This document shows positions 35,727 through 47,764 of a DNA stretch of 64,000 bases, one piece after another; the first letter of the stretch is position 1, and each line of letters starts with the position of its first letter. This DNA comes from Narcine bancroftii (lineage: Eukaryota), in contig NC_091473.1 of NCBI RefSeq assembly GCF_036971445.1, forward strand, positions 205,468,001 through 205,532,000. The letters are read 5' to 3'. The position numbers were made by a program, and so were the translations under genes. The notes under the pieces are model-generated. The model saw only the letters and a program-made list of their open reading frames with translations. It searched no databases and was not told the DNA's origin.

Positions 35727-35772
35727 GAGTCACAGCGAGACAGAGTGTGACAGAGAGAAAGAGAGGCAGTGA

Positions 35773-35851
<79 letters not shown>
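35677..35851. repeat. (CA)n followed by (GA)n microsatellites upstream of a V promoter; further tracts at 36840-36932 (GA) and 45236-45312 (CA)
   Basis: Direct inspection. Confidence 0.95.
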
Positions 35852-35852
<1 letters not shown>

Positions 35853-36086
35853 ACGCCAGTGAGCCCAAAATGCATGACCATGGATTGGGTGCTGTAAAAT
35901 GCATAACGGGTATTCAGAAATTTCTTCTGTTTTAAGTGGCCAGCGAATAGTGGGCCGCAGAACCGCCCATATTCTCGTTTCAAACAAGAACTAACGACCT
36001 ATCCGTGTGCCATCAGATATCAAATATGCGGCATTTACAGCATGAAATCTCTATGCTTTTTCCCTTTTCCTTTGTAAACCCTCACC

Positions 36087-36557
36087 ATGTTGCCTCTATG
36101 GTGCACGCTGATTGTAACGTTTCCAGGTAAGTCCCTGTTATAATGAATCTGTTGCGTCCTGTGACTGTGGTTCACTTTCGAGCTTATCAAAGTCTCCATG
36201 TTGTGTTGCAGGTGCCTTTGGTGACGTATCTATCTCCCAGTCTCCATTTGAGTTGCGGGTGGAAGAAGGCCAAACAGTAATGCTGAACTGCAGCTACCCC
36301 TCAAAGTTCAATAACTATAATGCCTTTTGGTAAATCCAGTATCCTGGACATGCGCCGACATACGTACTAAAACTATTAAGCACTGGGTTCAAAGACAAGG
36401 CTTCTGAATTTCGCAATAGGTTTTCTGTGACTTATCAGAAAACAAGCCTAATGGATTCTTGAAATATCTCCAGCGTCGTTGTCTCCAACTCGGCGGTGTA
36501 TCTCTGAGCGATTTCGCCCAGATTGCAGCATAAAGGCAGAAAATCCGTTCAATAATA
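36087..36557 (+). pseudogene. Full-length TCR V pseudogene, in frame with three nonsense codons and a dead RSS
   Basis: Leader MLPLWCTLIVTFP-G, intron 36127-36211, then AFGDVSISQSPFELRVEEGQTVMLNCSYPSKFNNYNAFW*IQYPGHAPTYVLKLL..RFSVTYQKTSLMDS*NISSVVVSNSAVYL*AISP (stops at 36331, 36460, 36505). Heptamer CAGATTG (36519) + 23 nt + TCAATAATA. Confidence 0.92.
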
Positions 36558-36870
36558 CTCACTCGGAGTGATCGTGAACTGTCAGAAGGTGGAGCCATTA
36601 ACTCCGCGAACAAGCAGACGTGGCTGCGGACACATGCGATTCTCTTGCACAAACAAATGCAAGACAAACACCTCGCAGAATTTGAAGGGCCAGGTAGCTT
36701 CTATGAGGTTGATATTATACAAGAATGCTCTGAAAACAGGAAGCAGATGAGCCATACAGACCCTGAAATAAGAGAGAAATGCTGGAATTCTAAAGTGATA
36801 TATACTGTGAGGGGAGTGTAGAGTCAATGAATGAGTGCATGAGAGACAGAGAGAGGGAGAGGGAGAGGGA

Positions 36871-36938
<68 letters not shown>

Positions 36939-37083
36939 AAGCAAGATAAAACAGATTAATATATAAAGAAGGAGTAGGGTAGGTAAAAGAGAATACCTTG
37001 TTGAAGAATTTCCGATGAACAATTTTGTTACCATCGAGAGGAAGTTGGGACATAAGGTTTCCTTCGAGAAATATCTTCTAAAG

Positions 37084-39050
37084 TAGGGGTGTCAAACTCA
37101 AATTCACGGAGGGACAAAATTAAAAACTTGGACTAAGTCGAGGGCCGAACTAAATACATATTGAAAATTTTCAACAACATCTGCATGTTTTCTCTTCTTT
37201 CAACATATGTAATGTTAAACTTTTTCTTATTAAAATAAATGTTTGATAATAGTTTTGGATAAACTCTTTCCAGAAGCATTAACAAATGAGAAATAAAATA
37301 TTCAATAAATAATATTTCTCTATAGAGGATTTGTCAAATGTTGCTCGTGTGCTGTCAAATAGTAAAATCTGAGGGCTATTGAGAATATGGGAGAATAACA
37401 TGATTCCTGAAACAATCAAATGGGTGACTGATTGTGGGCATGAACTCTAGCAGGGTTATTTGCCATGCCCTTTTTCCATTGGTACAGATATCCTTTGATT
37501 TACACACTTTTCAAGTTTTATGCCTAATTAGCTTGTATCCAGGTGCAGGACTATTTTTAACCAGGAATATATTTATCACTGTGACATGAAACTATTGGAA
37601 GATCGTTTTATCCTGAGATTAAAGTTCATAATACTTACTCAGACCTGTGTGGGGGAGGGCGGAGTTTGCGGGCGATCGGGTTGGACAACGACACGCGGGG
37701 GCATCAGCTTTCGCTGCAGGGCGGCATCTCAGCAGATCAGCGGCCCCGTCACCGTGAGTCGCTGGTCGGCCTGCGGTAGGGAGGGGGAGTGGGCAATGGT
37801 CCTGGCGAGGTCAGGCCCCCCCTGAGTTTCTGCCGGACCCCCCTTGACCTGCCGAGTTACTCCCGGACCTCCCTTGACCTGCTGAGTTTCTCCTGGATCC
37901 CTCTTTGACCTGCTGAGTTTCTCCCGGACTCCCTTGACCTGCTGAGTTTCTTCCGGACCTCCCTTGACCTGCTGAGTTTCTCCCGGACCCCCCTTGACCC
38001 TGCTGAGTTTCTCCCGGACCCCATCCCCTTGACCTTCTGAGTTTCTCACGGTCCCCTCCCCCTTGACCTGCTGAGTTTCTCTCGGACCCCCCTTTGACCT
38101 GCTGAGTTTCTCCCGGATCCCTCTTTGACCTGCTGAGTTTCTCCCGGACCCCCTTGACCTGCTGAGTTTCTCCCGGACCTCCCTTGACCTGCTGAGTTTC
38201 TCCCGGACCCCCCTTGACCCTGCTGAGTTTCTCCCGGACCCCCTCCCCTTGACCTTCTGAGTTTCTCACGGTCCCCTCCCCCTTGACCTGCTGAGTTTCT
38301 CTCGGACCCCCCTTTGACCTGCTGAGTTTCTCCCGGATCGCCCTTTGACCTGCTGAGTTTCTCCCGGACCCCCTCCCCTTAACCTGCTGAGTTTCTCCCT
38401 GACCTCCCTTGACTTGCTGAGTTTCTCCCGGACCCTCCTTGACCTGCTGAGTTTCTCCCGGACCCCCTTTTCTTTCCGTGCCTGTGTCCTAGAACCTTTC
38501 CAGGGCAGTCTCCGCGCTCAGACTGCGCTGGGATCCCGATCAGCGGTGGAGGAGCAGGTGAGCGTGGCTAATCCCGATCCAGCCCACGCCACTCCCGAGA
38601 TTGGTGGGGGGTTCCACCCTACCTGTCCGACCAGCCTCGCTCTCCGGGCACCCGCCGCTGGTCCGGTGGGAAGGCGCAGGGCGCCCGGCGGGGAGTCCCA
38701 ATCTTCCCTCCGGCGTCACGACACCATCTGCAGCTCCAAGAAACGTTGTGCCACTGGGGTTCCGGGCGCTGGGAAGCGGCCTTGGCTTCCCCTGACACCG
38801 GCCAGGCGCGCTGCGGTGGGGGGGGGGGGGGTGGGCGGGGGGACACGACAGCGTGTTTATAAAACCACCCACCACTACTTTTCAAGGACTAGGATTTTTT
38901 TCTCTCTCTCTCTCTCTCACCCTGGGACACAGCGGTTACTGTGCATGCGCTATACTGGCGCGGCGGCCAGCGGGCCACTTCTAATACATTTTTGATATGA
39001 TCTTGCGGGCCAAATATAATTATATCGCGGGCCAGCGTTTGACATGTGTG
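37084..39050. mobile_element. Non-autonomous hAT (Charlie-like) DNA transposon, ~1.97 kb
   Basis: Imperfect TIRs TAGGGGTGTCAAACTC and GCGTTTGACATGTGTG; 8-bp TSD TTCTAAAG (37076-37083) / TTCTAAAA (39051-39058). The flanks rejoin into the paralogous cassette sequence. Confidence 0.85.
37815..38470. repeat. GC-rich minisatellite, ~21 copies of a 29-35 bp unit, with a 220-bp (7-unit) higher-order period
   Basis: Consensus TTGACCTGCTGAGTTTCTCCCGGACCCCCC. Diagnostic variants recur at 37881/38101/38321 (ggatc) and 38036/38256 (ttctgagtttctcacggt). Confidence 0.93.
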
Positions 39051-40410
39051 TTCTAAAAGCAGAAAAAAATCAACTATCAAGAGCAACAAAAGTGAGGGAA
39101 TTTGGGAGGGCGAGAAACAGGCATGGAGGCAGATGGGCCGACAGGGGTGGAAAAACAGTTAAAACGTATAAAGAAATAAAACATACAGGGACATAGGGCA
39201 TAGAAACCATCCATACCTCTCAAATTATCGATGCCGTTCGAACGGTCCCACTTACACAAATACCACCTTACAGTGTTTGGCAAAGGTCGTTCTAATCCCA
39301 ACCTTTTATCGGTCTCTACTTCTGCAATATTGCTTTCAGATATACAACAACCACCACCTCTAAAACCTGTTCTGGACACCTTCCACACTTCCTCAATAAC
39401 CAGTTACATCTCTCTTCCTTTACTTTACACATGTGTTTACCAATCGGAACATCGAATAATTGTTTGTGTTTACACTGGATTGGTCGGCGTTAAATGCCAT
39501 AATGATCCTATTATCCTAATGAACATTTCAACGTTCCCCGCTGAGTTTTTCCTTTAATTACTCCTGCAGAAATCCTAGTTTTGTTTCACTTCCAGCTACT
39601 ACAAAATTTGAGATTTGTTGCACGAGCATGCAGAGATAATTCGATGTTCCAGAATCGTTGCAGATGATGCGAGAAGAATAATGAGCTGTAACACTGAACG
39701 GCAGTTAGTCGGAGGCGGTCAGTGATGACACCGTCATTTGCTACATCCTGTGATTCAAAGGATAGTTGCAATATTTGAAAGGTCTTGTGAAGATATTCGG
39801 CAGTGGTTTCTCTAGATTCTGGTACGAGTGGAAAGGCATAGTAGATCTAATTCAAGATGCGGACCTCTAGATGGATAAGCACTTTGGCGAAAGTGGCTGC
39901 AACTCCTTGAGCTTTAGCATAGGTATGGATAAAGATAACATCAGAGATTATGGAAAAGTGTTTAATTGGGTAAGGATTGAATAGTTTGGGTTGAGGGAAA
40001 AACTTTGCGGAAATAAATTGGAAAGAAATATTCAAAGGTGAAAGAACAGAATTACTTGTAATAGGTTCAGGATCGGTTTGTCCTAATGGGAGTAAATGGG
40101 AGTAAAAAGGATCTGAGTTTGATGAAATATGTGAGGTAGCAAGTCAAGAGGAGGAAGGAAGCAGGCATTAGATACAGGCATCAGGAAGGTCTCATGAGAA
40201 GTAGATGTTACCCAGGAAGGAACTTAAGAAAAAGGTGAGGAGAATTCTAAGGGGGCATGAGAAGGCTTTGGTATGTAGGAGTGAAGAGAACACAAGGCGT
40301 TGTGAATTAGGTACATGAAGCACAGAAGGATGACAATGAACGTGGGGGCCGGTAAAAGATAAAGAGGCAACATGTGCCTGGAGACGGAGGAACTCGAGAA
40401 CGTCCTATAT

Positions 40411-40765
40411 CAATGGTACCCGACCTTTTAATTTCCACTCACTTAACACTTGAAGTAATCCCTATGACATAGGTGTTGTGTGATTAATGAGGGAGTGTAT
40501 AATGTGGAATGTGAGTGGGACGGAAAAGTTTTAAAAACGCTGTTTAATCGTACCTCATTTACTCGTTATGTGCACCGTTTTAATCTCCAAAGGACAATGA
40601 CAATTATCCTCAAGGAAAATATTTCAATTACAATGGGGTCTAGAGCAGTGATTGTCAACCTTCCCTTCCCACTCACACACCACTTTAAGCAATCACTGAG
40701 CACTTATTTCAGAGGGATTACTTAAAGTAGTATGTAAGTGGAAGGAAAGGGATTGAGAACCACTG
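40411..40765. mobile_element. Compound palindromic hAT-type MITE (two hairpin units)
   Basis: TSD TCCTATAT (40403-40410) / TCCTAAAT (40766-40773). Hairpins at ~40411-40542 and 40646-40765 with CAGTG...CACTG-type ends. Confidence 0.75.
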
Positions 40766-41992
40766 TCCTAAATGAATAATTTGCACCAGTATTCACAAGA
40801 TAAAAGAAGGCAGATCAGGGTCTGGTCGCACTTGATCCGTTCTGTATTGTGGACAATATTGAGATTAAGGAAGAGGAGGTGTTAGATTGTCTTAAAAACA
40901 GTCAAATTGTTAAGTCCCCTGGACCACTTGCGATATACCTCATTTGCTGTGGGAAGCAGGAAACAGATAGCTGAGGCAGTGGCTTTGATATTCAAGTCCA
41001 CTTTGGCTACAGGGTAGGTACGTTTGCATTGGAGATTGGCAAATGACGTCTCGTTGTTTAAAAAAATGTAATAGGGAGAATCCAGGGAATTATAGATTAG
41101 TTATTCTTCGGTTAGTGGTTTGCAAATCGAGGATTCTTAAGGATAGGATCCCTAACAATTTGGATATGTACAGTCTACTCAGGGATAGTCCACATGGCTT
41201 TGTGAAGAGAAGCTCACGCCTCACTAGTCTAATTGAGTTTTCTGAGGATGTATCAAAGGCATTGATCAGGGTAGGGCGATAGGTGTGGTCTATATGGATT
41301 ATAATAAAGTATTTATGAAGGGCCCTCATATGAAACTTGTTCAGAAAGCCATTGTCTGTGTGAATAAAACAATGGGCTTACATGTATAAAGGAAAGAGTA
41401 CTGGATGAAGGAATGTATTCTGTATGGAGGCCAATGACCAGTACAGTTCCACAACGATCTGTTCTGGGACATTTGTTTTTTTTGTGATCGTTATAAATGA
41501 CCTAAATGAAGAAGCAGAATGATGGCTTAGTAAATATGCGGATGATGATATGAAGGTTGGAGTTGTGGATGGTGCTAAAGGTTGTCATAGGTCACAAAAC
41601 TATATAAACAGGCTACAGAGTTCGGCAGAAAAGTGGCAGGTGGAGTTCAATCCAAATATTTGCAAGGTAATTCATTTTGGAAGGACAAACCAGAAGAATG
41701 AAAAAAGGGTTAATGGTCGGATACCAATGAGTGTGTATGCACAGAGGGACCCTGTCGTCCAAATACACCCCCAGGGTAATTGTGCAGGTTTATAGGGTAG
41801 TTAGGAATGCCAATGGGATGTTTCCCTTCATTAATATGGGACTAAGGTCAGGATTCCAGAGGTCAAATTTGGAGTATTATGTCCAGTTCTGATAAATTCT
41901 TTGTAGGAAGGATGTGGAATCTATGGAGGAGATGCAGAGGAGATTTATCAGGATGTTGCCTGGATTGGCAAATAAGTGTTATGAGACAAAAT

Positions 41993-43891
41993 GAGATGAC
42001 GTCGAGTTTCGACGTGTAATCTCGACCTTTCTGGCCAGAATTTTAATTACCCTTTTTTAACCCTTTGTTTTGAAGTTTAAACTTTTTAAATTTTAGTTTA
42101 AAGTATTGAGGAACTATTATGGTCATTAAAGGTAAAACGATTAAACCTGAAGTGCAGAAGAAGTTACATTTTCGAAGTGCTGAAGATTGGGGGCCTAAAC
42201 GACTTGTTACAGCTTCAGGTTTAACTTCTTCAGTGTCTAAACCACAAAGACTGCCTGTGGCAGCTGAAAAAAATGTCTACTACTCACCCAGTGAAGGATG
42301 GCGCTGGAATTACCCGTTCTCTGGAGGAAGGTGCGTGTTCCGAATCAGTGGATCCCGATTCTGGAAGCCTTTCGATTTTAACGGAGGGAGCACACAGGAA
42401 GACGGCTCCATTGTTTGAAATGCATCAGGATGCACTTCAACCTGATGATATCTATTTCCCCCGCGATTTTGCGAAACAAAAAACAACGTGTTGCGGGGGA
42501 GACCAGCGGCGACCCCCTGAGGAAGTCGGGATGCCGTCGCTGGGAGTTCAGACCCGCAGTAAAACTTCTAAAATGCCTTTCGTTGAGTTGCAGCAGGAGC
42601 TGCAGTTACCTGGTTCTGCCACTAGGTCAGAGACTGAGCTTTTCTGAGTTACAATGTATGCAGTTAAATGCTGTCATTCAACCTTTAATTAATGAGATGG
42701 CTCAAATGAATGTTAGTATAAGTTCAAAATTGAATACAGTTAAAAGACGTGTGGAAGCATCTCATGAAGATTTTGTTTAAAATTCAGTCTGCTTTTTTGG
42801 AATGTAAACAGCAAGTGGTTTCTAATACTGAAAAAGTGTTGAATTTTGAAAAATCAGTTATAGAATTGGGAGAACGTGAGAAGAAGTTAGAGAGGAACAT
42901 AGACTACTTGGAGAATCAAAGTAGAAGGAATAATGTGAAAACCGCTGGTTTTCCAGAAGGTATAGAAGGACAAGATCCTCTTCGTTTTTTTAAAGATTGT
43001 ATCCCACAAGTATTAGGGCAAGAATTTTTTTTCTGGGGGCTTGGTATTGGAAAGTGCTCATAGAGCTTGAAGAAGAACACCTTTACCTGGTCAAACACCG
43101 AGACTGATAATAATTCGATGTTTGAATTATCTGGACAGAGAAGCAATACTTCGACTACCAGTGCAAAATGCGAGACAACGACAAACTCCGTCATTGATTC
43201 AGAATAGTAGAGTTTTTAAAAAAAATTCTGACTTGAGTCAAGAGGTCATTCAATGCCGACGTCGATTTAACCGAGTTAAAGAAGCTTTGTGGCATAAAGG
43301 TTATAAGTCTACTTTTCGCTATCCGGCAGTGTTGAAGGTGTTTTTTGGAGATCATCTATTTCGGTTTTTTGAGAATGATCGTGAAGCAATGGTTTTTGCT
43401 GATTCATTGCCAGACATATGAGGACAAAGACGTCGTGCACCATTGTCTCCAAAAGAAAAATCTGGTTGTTCTGGAAACGGAAGAAATGGCAGAAATGGGA
43501 AAAACGTGAATGGAAAGAGTCCAACTTTTTCTGAAATGGGATCCCCGAGATTGGAATCTCTTGGATGAATAGAAGAATTTTCTTATTCTTATTCTACTTT
43601 TTTTTTGTTATTATGATCTTTCGATGTTATTCATTGTTTGGCTGGGGTGGGAGAGATTTGCTTCAGTTTCTTTACTAGTCATCAGCCACTGGTGTGTGAC
43701 TCACACCCAATTTTTGTTTAGGGATTACTACCTTTTGTTTTTTTTGGGGGCGGGGGGAGTTTTTATATATTTTTTAATTTACATTCTAGTTCGCTTTTAA
43801 TTTGTGATTTTGCTTTCTCCTTCTAGAGGGCCTAGATACGTTGATTTGAATCTCCATATAAAGATATTATTGGTATTTACTAACAATAGGA
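41993..43891 (+). mobile_element. L1 5'UTR + ORF1 + inter-ORF only, flanked by a 23-bp target-site duplication
   Basis: Colinear with 54278-56137. TSD AAATAAGTGTTATGAG(A/T)CAAAAT at 41970-41992 and 43892-43914. Confidence 0.88.
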
Positions 43892-45230
43892 AAATAAGTG
43901 TTATGAGTCAAAATTAGCAGATCCGTTACTCTTCGCTTTGGAGCAAAGAAGAATGATAGGAGTCAATAGAGGTCTACAAGAACATGACAACCATAGATAA
44001 GGTGGAAAGCCAGAACCCTTTCCCCAGGACATGAATAGCGAGTACCAGAGGACATATTTTCATAGTGAACAGAGACAAGTTTAACGAAATCATCTGACTT
44101 AGGACTTGGGACTTTTAAACACAGAGAGTTGTGGGTGCATGGAAATCCTTTCTAGGGTTCGTGGGTAAGTGAGAAACATTAGGTGCATTTAGGAGATTCT
44201 TAAACAGGCACATGGATGAAATAAATATAGGTTATGAAGTGGTGGTGGTGGTGGGGGGGTACTCGTAGCTTTTTAAATAATGAATACAGGCGTCAGTACA
44301 ATATCGAGGTTCTAATTTCCTGTACTGTGCAGTATTATTGAATGTTGTATTGTCAACGTTCATGAATATTGCCCACTCCCACTGGCACGTTAGTATTTAT
44401 TTTTAAAGAATATATGGGGAGGCACAACATCGAGGGTCAGAGAGCCTTTATTATGCTGTCATGTTATACGTTCTGTTCTATACTATTCTGCTGTCATGTT
44501 TTATGCCATTTACGATTTGAATAATTTGCGTATCCCTTCAACTCTCTCAGTGCCTCATGCAGTTAATTCTGGATTATTTCTGTTTGTCACGAGACACATA
44601 ATGGAGCGGTGGAGCAGCAGATCCTAATAGAGACCACGGATAGTTCAATCGGGCTTTCACCAAAGGCGGCACTTCCTCCATTAAACATGCGTTCATATGC
44701 AGATCATTTTTATAGGAATGAGTATAAAAGTTGAAAACATTTTTATATTCAAGCCCTTCGATATTCCCCACAAGCTAAATACCCGGTCCTAATGAGTACC
44801 CCCCGCTTCAATTCTGACCACCAGAGCGATCATGGGGAAAACCACGAAAGTTTGTAGGCACTGTGACTGTAGTAAATACACACTGCTTATTTTGATTATT
44901 CCTTGAATAAGGGCTCACAAATATATCTTTTTTTTTTATAAACGCTGAAAACCTCGGCTTAGTTTCTACAGAATTTTAATGTATTTTGACCAGAAGGATC
45001 AACAATGTCCATCGGGCGTCTATACTTGGAAGATAATTGAATGACATCATTCTACTGATCGAATTTCTTTCTCAATCAGGAGAAGATATTCCACAATCCT
45101 CTCCTTTAAACGATAATCGATTCATAACGCATCGGATATTTTTGGGTACAACGTATCTTGTGCTGTTTGTCAATTTCTGAGGAAGGGTAATGCGGAAATT
45201 GAGAGACAATGGCATACATTACACACACAG

Positions 45231-45316
<86 letters not shown>

Positions 45317-45719
45317 CTACGCACGCAAGCACGCACGAATGCACGCACACACGCACACACAAATAAATATTCGTNNNNNNNNNNNNNNNNNNNNNNNNNN
45401 NNNNNNNNNNNNNNNNNNNNNNNNNNNNNNNNNNNNNNNNNNNNNNNNNNNNNNNNNNNNNNNNNNNNNNNNNNNNNNNNNNNNNNNNNNNNNNNNNNNN
45501 NNNNNNNNNCTTCCGTTGCTTCTGTGTAACCCTCATCCTTAATGAGACTTGAAGAAAAGAAACTGCCTCATATCTGTATTTTATTTCCAAATTCATCGAT
45601 CTGCTGCATAAACACTGCGAAACTATTCTGCTGTTTATTTTAGATTTGAAAACACCTAACATGCCTTTTCCCTTGTCCACTCCGTTCATATTCTTCATAT
45701 TTCACAGGTAAAATTTGAT

Positions 45720-45905
45720 TGAATGTTATGTGACACCCCCAGTCCGAATATTGAACGGTGGTAGAAATCCAGATCTCCCGGAGCAAACCCACACAAATAT
45801 GGGGAGAATGTACAAAGTGCCGACAGATTGTGCTGGACTCGAACCTCGCCCGGTGTTGATCGCTGTCGCTGTCAAGGCGTTGCACTAACAGCAATGCAAC
45901 AGTGA
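45720..45905 (-). mobile_element. Decayed tRNA-derived SINE (V-SINE/HE1-like)
   Basis: B-box GTTCGAGTCC on the minus strand at 45835-45844, with the characteristic core cccggagcaaacccac..ggggagaatgtacaaa. Confidence 0.6.
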
Positions 45906-47059
45906 CGTGGTTCACAGAAAACATTTGGTATGGTTTGCTCACTATTTCCGGAATTTGCTACCACCATCCCAACCTTGTACAAGGACACTATGTTTCTGCA
46001 TTGCTGCAGATGCACCACGAAACACGTTGTGATTCTGAATATTCACCAGTGGGAGCTGATCCAGTTGGAAAAGAACCAAGAAAGGCGAATTAACAAGGCA
46101 CTACATATTCTATTCAACACAGAAAGGAAGAAAATAAAGAGAAAGATAGGGAGAAAAAGAAAGATAGATTGCTAGGTGGATCGATGGAGAAAGAGAGAGA
46201 GAAGGAGAAAGTGGAATGGTTGTGGATGGAAATGGTTTAGGGACGATGGAAAGTTGAAATCTGCGACAGGGATAGCGGGGCAGATAAACCCATAAAAGAA
46301 ATTGATCATGTCCGAGCAGGAGCCGAATCAAGCTGGCAGAGGGCTGACATGTAATTTGATCATGTCCAGTGAGTAGGAGAGAAACAGCCAACGACGTATC
46401 AGGTGAACGCCACAAAGTCACGTCTCCCTTTTGGGAGAAGAAATGCAGCCTTTCTAAAGATATCAACATTGGAAATATCATCTCCTCAGTAAATCCCCTG
46501 GCCTAATCTGTGTCATATTATTTCATGATTAGCAGAAATGTTCTCTTCGTTGCTTATACTCAAATAACCGAAGCGTATCCTATTTCTAGACGTAATGTTC
46601 TCTTGCAATGAGTTAAAGGTTCTAATGTAGTATTTTTCTATCTTGGTGGTAGTCGATTCCCAATACGACACATTTTCTAGCGATAGCATTGCTTGCTTGT
46701 TTTCTCAATTCCCGAGGGAGGGTGAGCATCGCGGTACTTTAGTCAGCTTTGGCATACTGGTATAAGTTTTCGACTTGTTGAACTCGGTCTAAAGTATCAC
46801 ATCAATATGCATGTATCCACGGATTCCAGTATAACAAGTATAGAAATAATGAAACTAGCAACAGCTGTTGAGGTACATCCCACTTTCGTATGTAGGTTTG
46901 ATCCTTCTTCCCGTTGTCACATATGTTTTGACCAGTTCCCAAAGATGCCACAGATGTGAGGGGCTGTATTGTTCAGCAAATGACACATTAGCAAAGGGAG
47001 ATTGGGAAATATCGAGTCTGAAAGAGACTGAGGCATAGACATCGAGAATGAGAGAAGCG

Positions 47060-47210
47060 AGATGCAAAATGTGGAACCGGAATATTGGGGAGAATTCAAA
47101 TGGATAAATGAAGGAGGTACACGCATCTTGCATGTGATCTACTAATTGGAAGGATCGAGATGACGTCATGTGAGATGCAAACGCCCCTTCGACTTGTCAA
47201 AATAAAATCG
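47060..47210 (+). promoter_or_regulatory. Promoter of the second intact V gene
   Basis: Inverted CCAAT at 47145-47149, perfect CRE TGACGTCA at 47161-47168, octamer-like ATGCAAAC at 47175-47182 and ATGCAAAA at 47062-47069, and AT-rich AAATAAAA at ~47199. Confidence 0.6.
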
Positions 47211-47288
47211 AGCTCCTGATCTTCCTTCCTGTCATTTATTTGATCCGACACACAGCACATGGTTCAAGTTGTTGCTATACCAGATACC

Positions 47289-47725
47289 ATGATCTCGATC
47301 TGGCCCACATTAATGATATTGTTTGAATTCACCGGTGAGTCTTTATTCAAATGACTATTGTGACAACCATGACTTCCATATCAGGCAGTTTACCTACATT
47401 TTCTGTTGTTTGTTCCAGGCGTCAATGGCGATGCTTCAATGTTGCAGTTTCCGCATGATCTGGTGGCTGAAGAAGGAGAAAATGTTAAACTAAATTGCAG
47501 TTATCTAGCATCATACAATGCTAACACCGCGTTCTGGTACACTCAGAATCCCAGAAAAGCACCAAAATACCTACTGAAGATATCGACCTCGAACAATATA
47601 GATCGGTCCCATGGAATCTCATTGAGGTTTTCTGCTGACTATCAGAAAGAAACTCGGTCGATTCCTTTAACAATCACAGACGTTCGTGTGTCTGATTCTG
47701 CCCTGTATCTCTGTGCCACGAGCCC
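47289..47725 (+). CDS. TRAV: Intact TCR alpha/delta V gene segment (leader exon 47289-47334, intron 47335-47418, V exon 47419-47725)
   Basis: Leader MISIWPTLMILFEFT-G (in-frame upstream ATG at 47259) with GTGAGT..TTCCAG splice sites. V exon reads VNG-DASMLQFPHDLVAEEGENVKLNCSYLASYNANTAFWYTQNPRKAPKYLLKI..RFSADYQKETRSIPLTITDVRVSDSALYLCATSP. Confidence 0.94.
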
Positions 47726-47764
47726 CACACTGCGACAATAAAGCAGCAGATCTGAACAAAAACC
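47726..47764 (+). promoter_or_regulatory. 23-bp-spacer recombination signal sequence
   Basis: Heptamer CACACTG (47726-47732), 23-nt spacer, perfect nonamer ACAAAAACC (47756-47764). Confidence 0.95.

Larger units (their letters stand above)
39850..44340 (+). mobile_element. Old decayed CR1 ORF2, interrupted by a MITE and an L1 fragment
   Basis: Remnants NPGNYRLV, PHGFVKRSSRLTSLIEFSE, YADD (41535) and WQVEFNPNICKVIHFG; the element resumes at ~43892. Confidence 0.85.

Noticed and set aside
37815-38470. CRISPR-like appearance of ~30-bp repeats
   Set aside because: There are no unique spacers or cas genes, and the context is eukaryotic. It is a head-to-tail minisatellite.
37729-38995. Long GC-rich ORFs (106-193 aa) and SLSL/ERER/HTHT ORFs elsewhere
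   Set aside because: They are translations of minisatellite, microsatellite or N runs with no protein motifs.
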